A DNA stretch of 64,000 nt from Octopus sinensis (Eukaryota): the NCBI RefSeq assembly GCF_006345805.1, contig NC_043010.1, positions 22,072,001-22,136,000 of the forward strand. The letters run 5' to 3'. The translations under genes were made by a program, and so were the position numbers. Shown here piece after piece: positions 1 to 12,109 of the stretch (positions are counted from its first letter, which is position 1; each line of letters starts with the position of its first letter). The notes under the pieces are model-generated. The model was not told the origin of the DNA, did not search any database, and was given only the letters and a program-made list of their open reading frames with translations.

Positions 1-194
1 CTCTCTCTCTCTCTCTCTCTAGCTATCTCTGCTTATCCCCCCCCTCCATGTTGCTCTTTGGAAGAAATTGGCTGTGGTTAATTCTAGACAGTTATGGGTC
101 CCTCCGGGCCCGAAACGAGACAACATTTTGAGGGACCAAGGAAAGACAAAACACAAACGCCCACGCAGAAACTTAGTAATACATGCTGAAATCT

Positions 195-365
195 ACAAGT
201 TGTTTTCATTCTCTCTGTTTATTTTCTCATAATCCTTTCTGTTGAAGAGCCTAGGTTCGAAACATAAAATACTTTTTCATGTTTCCCGAGCGACAAACTA
301 CACACCTGCTTGTTGTTCATACACCTGTCTTCATCTTTTGTTCTTCTATAAGTTTCAACTATATG
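195..365 (+). mobile_element. Short interspersed repeat 'family A' carrying an HHR-like motif (probable Penelope-like pseudo-LTR fragment)
   Basis: Homologous to 5385-5560, 10905-11310 (two copies) and 48790-48990, all on the minus strand; shared core cttt-CTGWNGA-A-GAGCGTAGGCTC-GAAACGTA-aaa. Confidence 0.6.
235..270 (+). ncRNA. Degenerate minimal type-I hammerhead-like motif (family A)
   Basis: CTTT CTGTTGA A GAGC CTAG GTTC GAAAC ATA AAAT; core A6U and G16.2 lost (ATA instead of GTA), so probably inactive. Confidence 0.45.
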
Positions 366-974
366 TACATATGTGTGTGTAGTTGTCTGTTTGTGAGTGT
401 CTTGAATGGGTCACTGTATATGGATAAAGGTTTGAGTAAGGTTACAAGGAACGGTAAAATTCTTATTCTAATGTCATAAATCTCTGAGGAATGCGGAACT
501 TCCTGCACATTAATATAATGAGCATTTGATCGAACAAATTCTATTAAACTAATATAATTGATCGAACATTCTTCTGTCAAAATCACTACAAAATTCCATC
601 CTTGCACTCATCATCGCCATTTTATATATCCTTATTACAGTTTACCTAATTATTATAGTCGCCGCCGTTGTCACCATTGGTATCTTCATAACTATCAACA
701 CGAATTCCTATTAAATTGAATCAGCATGCTTGAGTACAAAATCAGACGTGTATAGCTTTAAAGTTTAAGGACATCTCGTCTTCCATCTGTCCATTAGATT
801 TCTAGATATCTTCAATATGAAGTTTCATCTAACTTATTACGTATTAAACACTTTCTAGCCGGTCGAAAAACCATATAGAAGTTCCTTGGCCAGTTTATAC
901 TTAATACGTCACACAAAGATCTTCTAACCTGTCCGATAGAATTTTTCAAACGTTGGATAGAACTGTCCCAGTTC

Positions 975-1235
975 TCTTTATTCTGAGTTCAAATCTCACC
1001 GAGGTAAAATCTCCCTTCCATTTTCCCTAAAGGTCGATAAAGACAATATATTTCAAGCAGATAAGCAAAATCAAAATAGTTTCTGGAGTGGGAAAAATCA
1101 TCAAAGCAAAAGAAGATTGGTCTACTGTGTTACTACCGGTATTTTGTGTTCATAGTTCAATCCCAGCCGAGGTCAGCTTCACTTTACCTTTTTTCTGTCA
1201 CGCTCCGGAGTCAGTTAAATTTATCAGCCTATTCC
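975..1235 (+). mobile_element. Two degenerate MetaSINE-like tRNA-SINE fragments
   Basis: ttctgagttcaaatctcaccgaggt...cctttccattttccctaaaggtcgataaa and gttcaaatcccagccgaggtcagcttcactttacc resemble the copy at 15173. Confidence 0.45.
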
Positions 1236-2184
1236 TTCGTCCTAGCAAAGCATTGTGTTACTGAACATATGTGAGGACTCGCTGTCAGTATGTGACTACA
1301 CATATGAGCTCTACATATAGAGTAATGACGAGCATACTCTTTCAAGTGAATTGTAGAACAACTCGCGATATACACAATATTTTATAATTATCGAAAGAGC
1401 TAAAAAGTAAGTCTGTATATTGTAATTTGAATAGCAGTGAATTATCCCTCAAATCATATCTTATCAGCTTAAAAATGCACATTACAACTGAAAACCAAAA
1501 GGACAGTATAATCAAGGTTAGATGATCTTTGTGTCATGTATTAAGTGTAAACTGGCCAAGGGACTTCTATATGGTTTTTTCGACCTGCTAGAAATAGTAA
1601 CTAAATCTTTTGTAGTTTAAATAAAGGAAAAGCAACAAGTGTAATGCAGTCCTAGATACACGGCGTCAAAAACAATTTAACTGGTCTCTGCTGAAACAAA
1701 TTTTTCCTAGTTCTTCAATACCAGGGTTAACCTAAACATACAACGAACGACTTGTAATATATATACAGCGATTTTTTATTTCAACCGTGATGGAGTTTTG
1801 TTTGAACCAATCATAACAGAGAGATTTTACATCCTTCAGTTACTAGCAATAAATAGACTTTGCAACACGTTATACGCAAATCGCCGACAGCCTGGAGATT
1901 ATATATTTTAATGGGCATTCATATGTGTGTTGGTTGCATATTGCGTTCTGACTCCTCTTTTTCTAGCACATTAAATCACATTACGTATCAGTTCCTCTGT
2001 GTATTTGCCACTGGCAAAATATGAAATGTGTAACCTATATCTCAGACAAATTAATCTCATAATTTAAGAAAAAAGAAACTTGTTCCTCCAAGCTATAGAA
2101 CAAAGTCTCTTATGAAGAATCGTGTACTTCTTAGATCATTTTACTCGAAATAGAAACTGAATCTCATTCTACTTTTTATATTTT

Positions 2185-2445
2185 ATTCTGTTGATTGTTT
2201 CGGTCATTAGACGGCGACCATGCTGGAACACCATCTTGAAGAATTTTTAATGGAATCAATCTACCCCAGTAATTATGTCTTTTATACACTGGTACTTATT
2301 CTACAGAACCCTCTTGCAAAACCACAAAAGTTATGGGGATGTAGACACACCAACACCGGTTGCGAAATGGTAGTGTCGGTGGTGGTGGACAAACTCAGAA
2401 ATACACACACATATATGTATTTTTCTCTCTCTCCCTCTGTGTGTG

Positions 2446-2476
<31 letters not shown>

Positions 2477-2650
2477 ATAAATACATACATACATACATAT
2501 TCTTTCAGCTGCTGTTTGCCAAGAATCCATTCACACGGTTTTCGTGGTCCCAAGGCCATTGTAGAAGACAGCTGCCAAAGGTGGCACGCAATTGAATTGA
2601 ACCCGGAACCATGTGGTTGTGAAGCAAGCTTCTTACCATACAACCAATCA
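2185..2650 (-). mobile_element. CORE-type tRNA-derived SINE (abundant octopus-type family)
   Basis: Reverse complement gives head ...ccacatggttccgggttc...tgcgtgccacctttggcagctgtcttc and 3' half ...gtgttccagcatggtcgccgtc; homologous to 5692 and 32854 copies. Confidence 0.8.
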
Positions 2651-3503
2651 TAAAAAGAAGAAAAACTCCGAATAATAAATGAGTATCACTAAAGTTAAAA
2701 TATTAGGTTACAGGTTCTGCGATGAAGGATCAACCGTAGCTGAAGAACAACAACAATAAACATGTCAACAAATACAGCTACTACGACAACGACAACAATA
2801 ATAAAAGCAACCACAAAACGTAACCCTAAACATCTCCGCCATATTTTTATGTTTTTCTAATATTATTAGCTCTAATCGTCATACATTTATAAAAAAAACG
2901 CAAAATGGCGGAAATTTCAAAAGCTTTCATACCGCGATATCACGAGAGGTAAGAAGTATTAGAAAGAAAACAAAACTCCATAAACAGAAAATTCTTGGAG
3001 ACGCGATTCATTCAAAAGGTTTTTTCATGGAAATTCTAAGGAAATGAAAAATATTGCATAATATAAATAAGTGAAGTATGAATAAGTGAAGTATGATCCT
3101 GTATTACGGATATTTGTAAATCATAAATTATAATTAAAGGAGGCCTAGATTTATGCTTTGTAAATGCATGGACATTTCTTTTATGGTAACAGTTATGTTA
3201 TAAATCCGAGCTGTAGTATGGCGTATACTGAAACCATAAAAAGAGGATTTATATATATCTTTGTGAAAGACGATCTGACTTTTCGTGGCCCATCAATGAA
3301 CGAGAGGTGACACGTGATTACGCGCGTAGTTCAGAGATATATGCATTTATAGGTATTTTGTGAGTAAATGTTAGCATACGTATACACGTACACATATTAA
3401 TATCTATCTATCTATCTATCTATCTACCTATATATATATATATATATATATGAATATATTATATTATATTATACACATATATGTATGTATGTATATGTAT
3501 GTA

Positions 3504-3545
<42 letters not shown>

Positions 3546-3626
3546 TATATTATATTATATTATACATATATATGTATGTATGTATATGTATGTATCTTTA
3601 TATATATATATATATATATATTATGA

Positions 3627-3811
3627 CTGGGAAGAATCATTCTCCTTCAGTTCCTTATTAATTTGATACACTCACCGTTCCGATTTCCTGTAATTTATTT
3701 ATTTATCTTTATTAAAATTTTCGTTCCGTCTAGCAACCTGTTCAATAGTCATTGAATCTGTCCATTATCCGAACTGCGTCCTTTTTTGTGCGCATGAGTG
3801 TGCGTGCGCCT

Positions 3812-3845
<34 letters not shown>

Positions 3846-4227
3846 ATGTATGTATGTATGTGTATATGTATGTGAATACACAACCACATGGATATGCAAA
3901 ATACGTACATACAAGCGTGCATACATGCATACATATAAATGTGCATAGATACACATACACGCATACACACATACATACATGCCCACACATGAATACATAT
4001 ATACATACATACACACACATACATACATACATACATACATGCATCCATGCATACATACATACATATGAGTATGCGCACGCATGCTGATGCACACGCATGC
4101 GCACATGAAAAAGATCGCAGTTCCGATAACGCAGCGAAAATTGTAGTAAAACTAAGTAAACGAGTAGAAATCGGACCGGTGAGTGTGTTAAATGAATAAT
4201 GCATTAGAAGAAAAAGACACTCCCCAG
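3627..4227. mobile_element. MITE-like fold-back element with microsatellite core
   Basis: Left ctgggaagaatca...acactcaccgttccgattt and right aaatcggaccggtgagtgt...gacactccccag are imperfect inverted repeats around (CA/TA)n; solo arms at about 34420-34590 and 54030-54170. Confidence 0.5.
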
Positions 4228-4559
4228 GTACAGTTATTTTCCTCGCGTTACTTATTCAATTTAATATTTTCTAACCTATCGGAGGTTACACCCAAAGGAT
4301 ATTTACTCGGTAAATATTAAACTCTCACATGATTACCATTCAACAACAACAAAATAATAATAATAATAATAATACCAAGCCGCCAAACGGTTTGGAATTC
4401 TGACGTTATTGTCATACATTATATGTTGTAGTCCAAGATGCTTTGTATCCGAGAAAAGACGAGATGTTAATGGGCGAGTTTGATTTGATCATAAGCTTTA
4501 CTATGGTTAAACAACAGCCAGCGGAATTCCAACATGCATGTAGGTAAGACGCCAGTCTG

Positions 4560-4870
4560 CGACGTCCTGTTTTTGTTATTATTATTATCATTATTGTTTT
4601 TACGTATTTTTGTATTCTTATTCGTGTAACATCGTCCGTTTCTCGGTCCTTGTTTTGTATATATTCGAGGCTTTCTTCCAGGAATCTAATGCTCTTGGCT
4701 TAGATTTTCCTCTGGGGCTGGCCAGATCGGAGCAATCTCAAGATTAATCAGCTGAAATGGCGAGGATGATCCGGTTCTTGACTGAAGATTGAAGGCTTCG
4801 AATGTCCCGTACGTGTTTTTTGTGTCGTCTTCTAAATGTTTTGCGTTCTTGTCCCAGTTTGTATTTTATT
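4560..4870 (+). repeat. Unclassified structured interspersed repeat 'family B'
   Basis: Homologous to 11352-11705 and 12110-12470; 3' end abuts a microsatellite. Confidence 0.7.
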
Positions 4871-4910
<40 letters not shown>

Positions 4911-4912
<2 letters not shown>

Positions 4913-5200
4913 TAAGTAATTAAGGGTTTAGCAACGAATTGCCTCACCAACACACCGAATTTAGAAATAGCAGTCAAAGAGATATAGCTATTCCTTCTAC
5001 TAAAAGGGGGATCTCAGTAAAAACACAGCACTTGAAAGGCAAACACAGACAGTAAGAAAGAAAGAATGAAATGACGGCAATCTATCATACAATTTTAAGT
5101 TACCTACGGACGTACGTTTCGAAATCAAGTTTTAGGAAAGCATAAGAATTAGAAAATTCTACCTTACCCAAACTTCTTTTCTCATCGGCGCAGGATACTA
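4911..5200 (-). mobile_element. HHR-bearing repeat 'family C' (probable PLE pseudo-LTR fragment)
   Basis: Starts at the edge of (TA)n; aagggtttag...ttagaaatagcag...tagctatt is similar to the palindrome arms at 54793; contains the HHR at 5101-5197. Confidence 0.55.
5101..5197 (-). ncRNA. Type-I hammerhead motif, U4C core, long helix II
   Basis: Minus strand: CCTGCG CCGATGA GAAA...about 60 nt...TTTC GAAAC GTAC GTC CGTAGG. Helix I 6 bp (one G-U), palindromic helix III ACGTACGT, GUC site. Confidence 0.65.
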
Positions 5201-5384
5201 CAATTATGAATAATTGTATATTAAATTTTGAGATACTAGAAGGCATTATCTCAACTCAGTGTCAGAGCGAGCCAAAGCATGACCAGTACCACGAAATTCA
5301 AAGTGTGAATGAAAGTTTGTGTCATATATATGTATATATATATATATATATACATACATACATACACACAAACACATACGCATA

Positions 5385-5560
5385 TAGTTGGAATTTATAG
5401 AAAGACGAATGCATGTGTAGGAACAAGAAACAAGTGTATTAGTTTGACGCCTGGGAAAATGGAAAAGTCTTTTACGTTTCGAGTCTACGCTCTTTGTCAG
5501 AAAGGAATAACAGGAAATAGAGAGAGAGAATGCAAAAAAGCGTGTTGAGTTCAGTGGTCC
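5385..5560 (-). mobile_element. Family A repeat with HHR-like motif at 5469-5504
   Basis: Minus strand: CTTT CTGACAA A GAGC GTAG ACTC GAAAC GTA AAAG. Confidence 0.6.
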
Positions 5561-5586
5561 ACTATATATTTTGCACACACACACAT

Positions 5587-5634
<48 letters not shown>

Positions 5635-5640
5635 ATATAT

Positions 5641-5682
<42 letters not shown>

Positions 5683-5691
5683 TGTGTGTGG

Positions 5692-6087
5692 GGGTTTGTG
5701 TGTTAAGTAGCTTGCTTACTAACCATATGGTTCTGGGTTCAGCCCCTCTGCGTGGTGCCTTCGGGAAGTGACTTCTACTATAAATTCGAGCCGACCAAAG
5801 CCTTGTGAGTGAATTTGGTAGACGGAAACTAAAAGAAGCCCATCATAAATATACATATGTGTGTTTGTGTGTGTATGCTTGTGTGCCTGTGTTTGTGCGC
5901 CTAACATCGCTTGACAACCGATGCTGGTGCGTTTACGTCTCTGTAACTTAGCGTTTCGGCAAAAGAGACCGATAGAATAAGTACTAGGCTTACAAATAAT
6001 AAGTTCTGGGGTCGATTTGCTCGACTAAGGGCGGTGCTCCAGCATGGCCGCAGTCAAATGATTGAAACAAATAAAAAAATAAAAGAA
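5692..6087 (+). mobile_element. CORE-type tRNA-derived SINE
   Basis: gttaagtagcttgcttactaaccatatggttctgggttcag...ggtgccttcgggaagtgacttc...ggcggtgctccagcatggccgcagtcaaatgattgaaac plus A-rich tail. Confidence 0.85.
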
Positions 6088-7284
6088 TATATATATACAT
6101 AGAGAGAGCGAGGATGGAAAGAGAGAAAGAGAGAAAGAAGATGAGGAAGAATTTATGATCTCAGCTCATGTGCTGCTGCTATAGATGTTGCTCAAATCCA
6201 TGTGAAGTTAAATACCAGTCATATAATGGTGTTAGTACATGATTGATATCAGTCGTAATGATATCAATTGAGTCAAATGAAATCGGCTGCCTTCATTACA
6301 ATCTTCGACTTCATGTCATTCTCATTTATTCTAATCGTACAATAGCCATCCTTTATCTGAGAAAGCGATTTAGCCACGGAATTAATAGCTGTTTGTAAAG
6401 GATGCTACAAATGAGTGGGGGGTCTAGAAAAAACCTCAGTATTATGTGTAAATATTCTCTTCGTGGTTTAGAATTACACGGGTGCAATTTAAACACTCAA
6501 GCATCATGCGCTGAATAAATTTATCTGAATTATTGATTTCGCTATTCAAAAATCTGATATTTTATACGTTATCCCTATGAAATCAGAGACATTCCAGATC
6601 CTATATACTGAGTAACATTATATTCTATATCGACCACTGTTCGCGTTTAGTTTCCTTAAAAACAATAGTTTTCTAAATCCCAGAGTGTCGCGTCAGCTAA
6701 TCAATTCCGATGGTTGCGTTATACTTATTCCGCTTCATAGTTGCAGTTAATACTTTACAACAAAGCATGAATATTGTAAAATCTTCGTACTATTTGCCTT
6801 AATTACAACCCACTGAGCGTTTGTTAGAATTTGTGTATGTTTAATTCTATCGTACTTTATTATTAATAATTCTTGTGGGTTTTCAGCTTTTATTCTCTTA
6901 CAGTAATGAAAACAACAAAACTGAAAGCTTGATCAAACTCTTAAGATTCTTAATGTTTGAATAAAGTTACTGAATGCCAGCTACAATATAGGGTGATTGT
7001 TACAGAATTATTCACTTTAAATTGTTTATATTCTCAAAGCTAAAGCCATAGATGTCTGTATCAGATGTTCGGTTCGCTGCAGGCGCTTTTGGGGTTACAT
7101 CCAACAACATGGCACCTTGGGTGAGTCCTTCTCGCAATATACTTGAGCAAAGAAATGCTTGTCAGCAAAAACTGATAAGAAAGAAGCTATACAAATCTAC
7201 ACACATACATACACACAATACATGTTTATGTGTGTACGTGTGTGAGTGTGTGTGTGTGTGTGCATGTGTGCTTAGGATAAAGAT

Positions 7285-7505
7285 CCTTCGCGAGTCATAT
7301 AGACTGACAGGGCCGATTTCACGGTTTCTGTGGCGCATATGACACTCAATCCCGTGGAAGGGGGATTATTCCGCTGTGCCAACTGTTTGGACCGGAACAA
7401 TGTAAAATGAAGTGTCTTGCACAGCACGTCGCCCGGTCAAGGAATGGAAACCGCAAACTTACGATCGTGAGTCAAAAATCTTGACAGCTAAATTACGCAC
7501 CTCCA
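7285..7505 (-). mobile_element. Degenerate tRNA-SINE (second CORE-like family)
   Basis: ggaacaatgtaaaatgaagtgtcttgc...ggaatggaaacc pattern, shared with 35575-35760 and 53525-53800. Confidence 0.5.
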
Positions 7506-7623
7506 CACACACACACACACTCACGTACGTGTGTATGTGTGTGTGTGTGTGTGTGCATGTATGTGTGTTTATATATATATATATATGTACACACACACGC
7601 ACACATGTGCGGGTGCGGATATA

Positions 7624-8430
7624 TACATATGGACAAAATAATGGCAACACTTCGCATCATAATTTTGAAATATCTGTAAAACTGTCAAAAGCTTGTTTAT
7701 TTTTATGTTTTTTTTTTATTTATTATTAGTGTTGCTTAATATGTTTTGCTAAAATTGCTGTTTCTTTTCAGGTATCATCAGAAAAAGGTAACTAAAATTC
7801 ATTAAAATTACAGATCTATCGGACTTTCAAAGAGGTCAAATTGTTGGTGCTCGTATGGCAGGCGCTAGCGTAGCGAAAACAGCCGAAATGTATGGTGTAT
7901 CAAGAAGTACTGTCTCGAAAGTAATGACAGCCTATATTTTGGAAATTTGCCGGCGCAATGGTTTCCCTTCATGGCAGAATTAATAGTCAAGACTATTTAA
8001 ACACTTTATCTGATCTAATTCTTCCTATGTTTGCGTAACTGTTTCCGGAGGGAAACGCAGTCTTTCAGGATGATAATTCCCCAATTCACACAGCTAAAGT
8101 TGTTACTGAATAGCACGAGGAAGATTCTAGTGAAGTTGATCATCTTATCTGGTCACCACAGTCCCCAGATCTCAATATTATTGAAAATTTATGGTGCATT
8201 TTAGAAAAACAAGTAACAAGTTGATATCTTCCACCATCAACACTACAAGAACAAGAGACTGTTTTAGTTGAAGAATGGACAAAAATTCGTTTGGAAACAA
8301 TTCAAACTTTGTACGAGTCCATACCTCGTAGAATTCCAGCTGTAATTAATGCCAGAAGAGATCCTAACCAACATTAGATAAATTTGCTGGAAATTTTGAG
8401 GTGTTTCCATTATTTTGTCCAACTCCTGTA
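7624..8430 (+). mobile_element. Tc1-family DNA transposon, internally deleted
   Basis: TIRs ggacaaaataatggcaacac (7631-7650) and gtgtttccattattttgtccaactcctgta (8401-8430); remnants translate as DLSDFQRGQIVGARMAGASVAKTAEMYGVSRSTVSKV (HTH) and VFQDDNSPIH...WSPQSPDLNIIENLW (Tc1 DD34E region) with stops. Confidence 0.85.
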
Positions 8431-8784
8431 TATATCACTTGATTGATTATGGGCTGTACTTATAATTCTGGCAATCAACTAATTAGCGCTTCATGTAAGA
8501 TACTCGCTAGCGTAGTGTCTATCTAATCGAATGAAGATCGGTGAAACTCCGATTAATACAAAGCGTACTTTGCAACTCAAAGCTAAGATCCAGGAGGCTT
8601 AATAAAAACTGCGCAGAAGAAATAGTAATAAAGTCTTCAACATTCAGAAGTAGTCCACCAATTTCTGTGCAGGTGATAAATCGATTACATTGACCCCAGT
8701 GATCAACTGGTACTTATTTTATCTGCATAAAATTATCAAGCTTTCTTTAAATTTGCCAAAGAAACAGAGTCAGTACGCCACAAG

Positions 8785-10295
8785 ATATGGCTCCTCTTCT
8801 AAAAAGATGGCTCCCTCACAGGAAACTCTATGCAATTAAGTGAAATCCTGCACGAACAGTTCCAAAGTGTGTTCACTACACCGCTAGGACACAGGCAGTT
8901 GAAAAAACCAGCAGAATTCTTTGCCACTTTACCTGTAAACAAAGACGTAAAAATCGAATACATAAACATTGAAGAAGATGTAATACTGGCCATAGATGAG
9001 GTGGACACAAACTCAGCTGCTGGCTCTGATGGATTTCCAAAGATCCTCCTTAAATCGTGCAAAACAGCCTTTGAAAAACCAATGCACCTTCTCTTTCAGA
9101 GCTTCTTTGCAAGTGGTAAGTCCCCAGACGAACTGAAGGAAAGGATAATATGGCCTATTCATAAGGGATGAAGCAGAGATGATGCTAAAAATTATAGGCC
9201 TACCTGTCTGACCTCACACACCATCAAAGTCAGTGAACGAGTAGTCCGCAAGAAACTAATCGCGTTCTTTGAAGAAAATGACTAACACCCAGCATGGATT
9301 TCAACACGATAGAAGCTGCCTAACACAGCTCTTGCAACACTACGACTGCGTGTTAAGGCAGTTGCTAAATGCCTGAAGCGTGGATGTGGTATATTTCGAC
9401 TGTGCAAAAGGCTTCGTCAAATTCGACTAAGGTATAATGTCACAAACTGCGTGATCTCGATATAAGCAGAAAAGTTGTAAAGTGACTGCACGACTTCCTA
9501 AAAGACAGACATCAGGATGTGGTGGCCAAAGGAGCCACCTCCAGGGAAACACAAATAGCAAGTGGTGTTCCACAGGGCACTGTCTTAGAGCCACTGCTAT
9601 TCTTAGTGGCCCTCTCAGACATGCCCTCATGTGCTCAGATAGCCACCCATGCTAGCTATACAGATGACACAAAAGTCTCTCGACAATACAAAATCCTGGA
9701 AATATTGCACATCTGCAACGGAAATTGGACACAGTATACAGGTTGGCTGAGGACAACAACATGCAGTTTAATACGGGAAAATTCCAGGCCCTACGCTACC
9801 AGCACACAAAGCTAAACGACGCGCACATAGGATACACTAGCCCGGGAGGAATTGTAATCCCTGAATCAAAAGCAGTGCGTGTTCTGGGCACTGACATGGG
9901 CAATGATGCATTGAATATAAAATGCAGACGGCTGGGTGTATGGATTCTCCTGAACTTTCAAAAGAAAAGAAGACAATAATGGTCCTGTGGAAGGCATACG
10001 TCCTCAGCTGCTTGGGCTACTGCTCTCAGCTATGGTCACAACACAATATAAGATTCACAGTGGAACTCGAAATATTCCAATGATGCTACACTAAGAAAAT
10101 CCTCTGGATGCAGCGCATTAGCTATAGGAATAGACCGAAAGAATTAAAACTCCTCTCCCTAGAACGAAGGCAGGAAAGATATGTAATGATATACATCTGG
10201 AAAATATTGGAAGGACTAGTACCAAACATTGGCATTTAAAATTACTCTAACTGCAGAACAGCACGCCACTGCATAGTGCCAAAGATCCCAGCATC
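8785..10295 (+). pseudogene. Decayed reverse transcriptase of a CR1/L2-group LINE
   Basis: Frameshifted fragments: AAGSDGFP, IWPIHKG, NYRP, QHGF, SGVPQGTVLEPLLFLV, YTDDTK, KFQALRY, LERRQERY. Confidence 0.85.
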
Positions 10296-10517
10296 GACAT
10301 GAAACTCCCTTATTGAAGAAATGTCACATATCAGAGGAGGTTTCAAATGATAACGTAGCTCAGTCAACGGTGGTGCCCAAGAATGACCGCCACTTTGAAG
10401 TTGAAACATTTTAAAGAATTAAAGAATCACATATATATACTATATATATATATATGTGTGTGGTGTGTGTGTTGTTTGTGTGTATATATGTGTGTATACA
10501 TTATATTATATATATAT

Positions 10518-10549
<32 letters not shown>

Positions 10550-10554
10550 ATAAA

Positions 10555-10886
10555 TATTAGGGAATAAATCCAAATTTACAGGGAAAAAATCAGATTTAGG
10601 ATTAAATCCAATTTTATAGTAAAATATCATATAATATTAATTCGAGACAAAACCACTATTTTGCAAAACAAACAAGGAAAGACTTAATCAATACATAAAA
10701 ATTTTTAATATAAATTCATAAATTAAAACAGATTAGGAGATCGAAAATCCACCTGACGAATGTCATTGAAGACATGAAACGATTGTAGTGGCGGTTTATT
10801 TCTTTATATTAAAAATTTTTATGTATTGATTAAGTCTTTCCTTGTTTGTTTTGCAAAATAGTGGTTTTGTCTAGAATTAATATTAT
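10555..10886. mobile_element. Fold-back HHR-bearing element 'family D' in (TA)n
   Basis: About 80-bp near-perfect inverted arms 10633-10714 and 10803-10886 flank the hammerhead; (TA)n on both sides. Confidence 0.75.
10749..10791 (+). ncRNA. Canonical minimal type-I hammerhead ribozyme motif
   Basis: CCAC CTGACGA ATGTC-attgaa-GACAT GAAAC gatt GTA GTGG: full consensus core, 4-bp helix I, 5-bp helix II, 2-bp helix III, GUA site after 10787. Confidence 0.85.
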
Positions 10887-10904
10887 ATATATATATATAT
10901 ATAC

Positions 10905-11310
10905 AGGGAGAGTTTACGCAAAAAACAAAGGACGAAGACAGGTGGTGTACAAAACAAACAGTTATATTAGTATAACACTCAGGAATAGAAAAAGTATTTT
11001 ACGTTTCGAGCCTACGCTCTTCTACAGAAAGGGACACAGAAAAAACAAGGAGAGAAAAAATGTGTGTAGTTGCTAACGATCTATCATGGCGTCTATATAA
11101 TATATATATATATAATATATATATAACGGGAAGGTTTACGAAAATAAACAAAAGACGAAGGCAGGTGGAGTACAAACAAACAAATGTATTAGTATGGCGC
11201 TCAGGAATAGAAATAGAACAAGTCTTTTACGGTTCGAGCCTACGCTCTTCGACAGAAAGATACACAGAAAAGAAACAAGGAGAGAAATAAATGCGTGTAG
11301 GAGCTAACGG
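10905..11310 (-). mobile_element. Two tandem family A copies with HHR-like motifs (10996-11031, 11224-11259)
   Basis: Cores CTGTAGA and CTGTCGA; helix II GAGC-gtag-GCTC; second copy has GAAC instead of GAAA. Confidence 0.65.
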
Positions 11311-11351
11311 TATATATATATATATTATATATATATATATATATATTATAT

Positions 11352-11705
11352 ATATGGTTTTGTTTTGTTGTTTATTTTTTATTTTTACCGTTATTGTTTT
11401 TACGTTTTGTATTCTTATTGGTGTCACGTATTCTGTATTTTTGTTTGTGTACTTCGTTCGTTTTCCGTCCTTTCGTTGTATACATTCGAAGCTTTCTTCC
11501 AGGGGATCTAATGCGCTTGGCTTAGATTTCCCTGGCGGGCTGGCCATATCGGAGCATCTCAAGATAATCAGCCGAAATTGCTAAGATGATCTGGTCTTGA
11601 CTGATGACTGAGGGCTTCGAATGTCCCGTCCTGTGGTTCTTGTGTCGTCTCTGTGGTGTTTCATGTTCTTGTCCATGTCTGTAATTATTTTTACTGTTTA
11701 CCTAT
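11352..11705 (+). repeat. Family B copy
   Basis: Near-identical to 12110-12470. Confidence 0.75.
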
Positions 11706-12109
11706 ATAATCGGCGGCTACGTATCACAATTGTCCTTATACGATAAGTATTTTTTCTCTAGCATTGATACGACTCTTAATCTGTCTCTTTTTCTCTCTCT
11801 CTCTCCTCCCTTATTCCCTTCTTTCTTTCCCTCTCCATCCGTCTCCCCCCCCCCCTTCTACGTTTCTCTATCTCTCACCTCCAGCCCCCTCGATCTGTCT
11901 CTTTCTTCTCCTCCCTCGTCCACCTTCTCTCTCTTTTCATCTGTCCCTTTCTCCTGTCTTTTGTTCTCACGTGACCGCTAGCCGCTGTTGAGCGGCTTTT
12001 CGTTTTCAGCAGCCGCAGAAGCAACACGTATTTGTTCGTCTCCCCGTGGCCATTAGGCACAACTTCACAAGCCAGCCCCATACTCAATCGTCCTGTCGAA
12101 AGACCCTTG

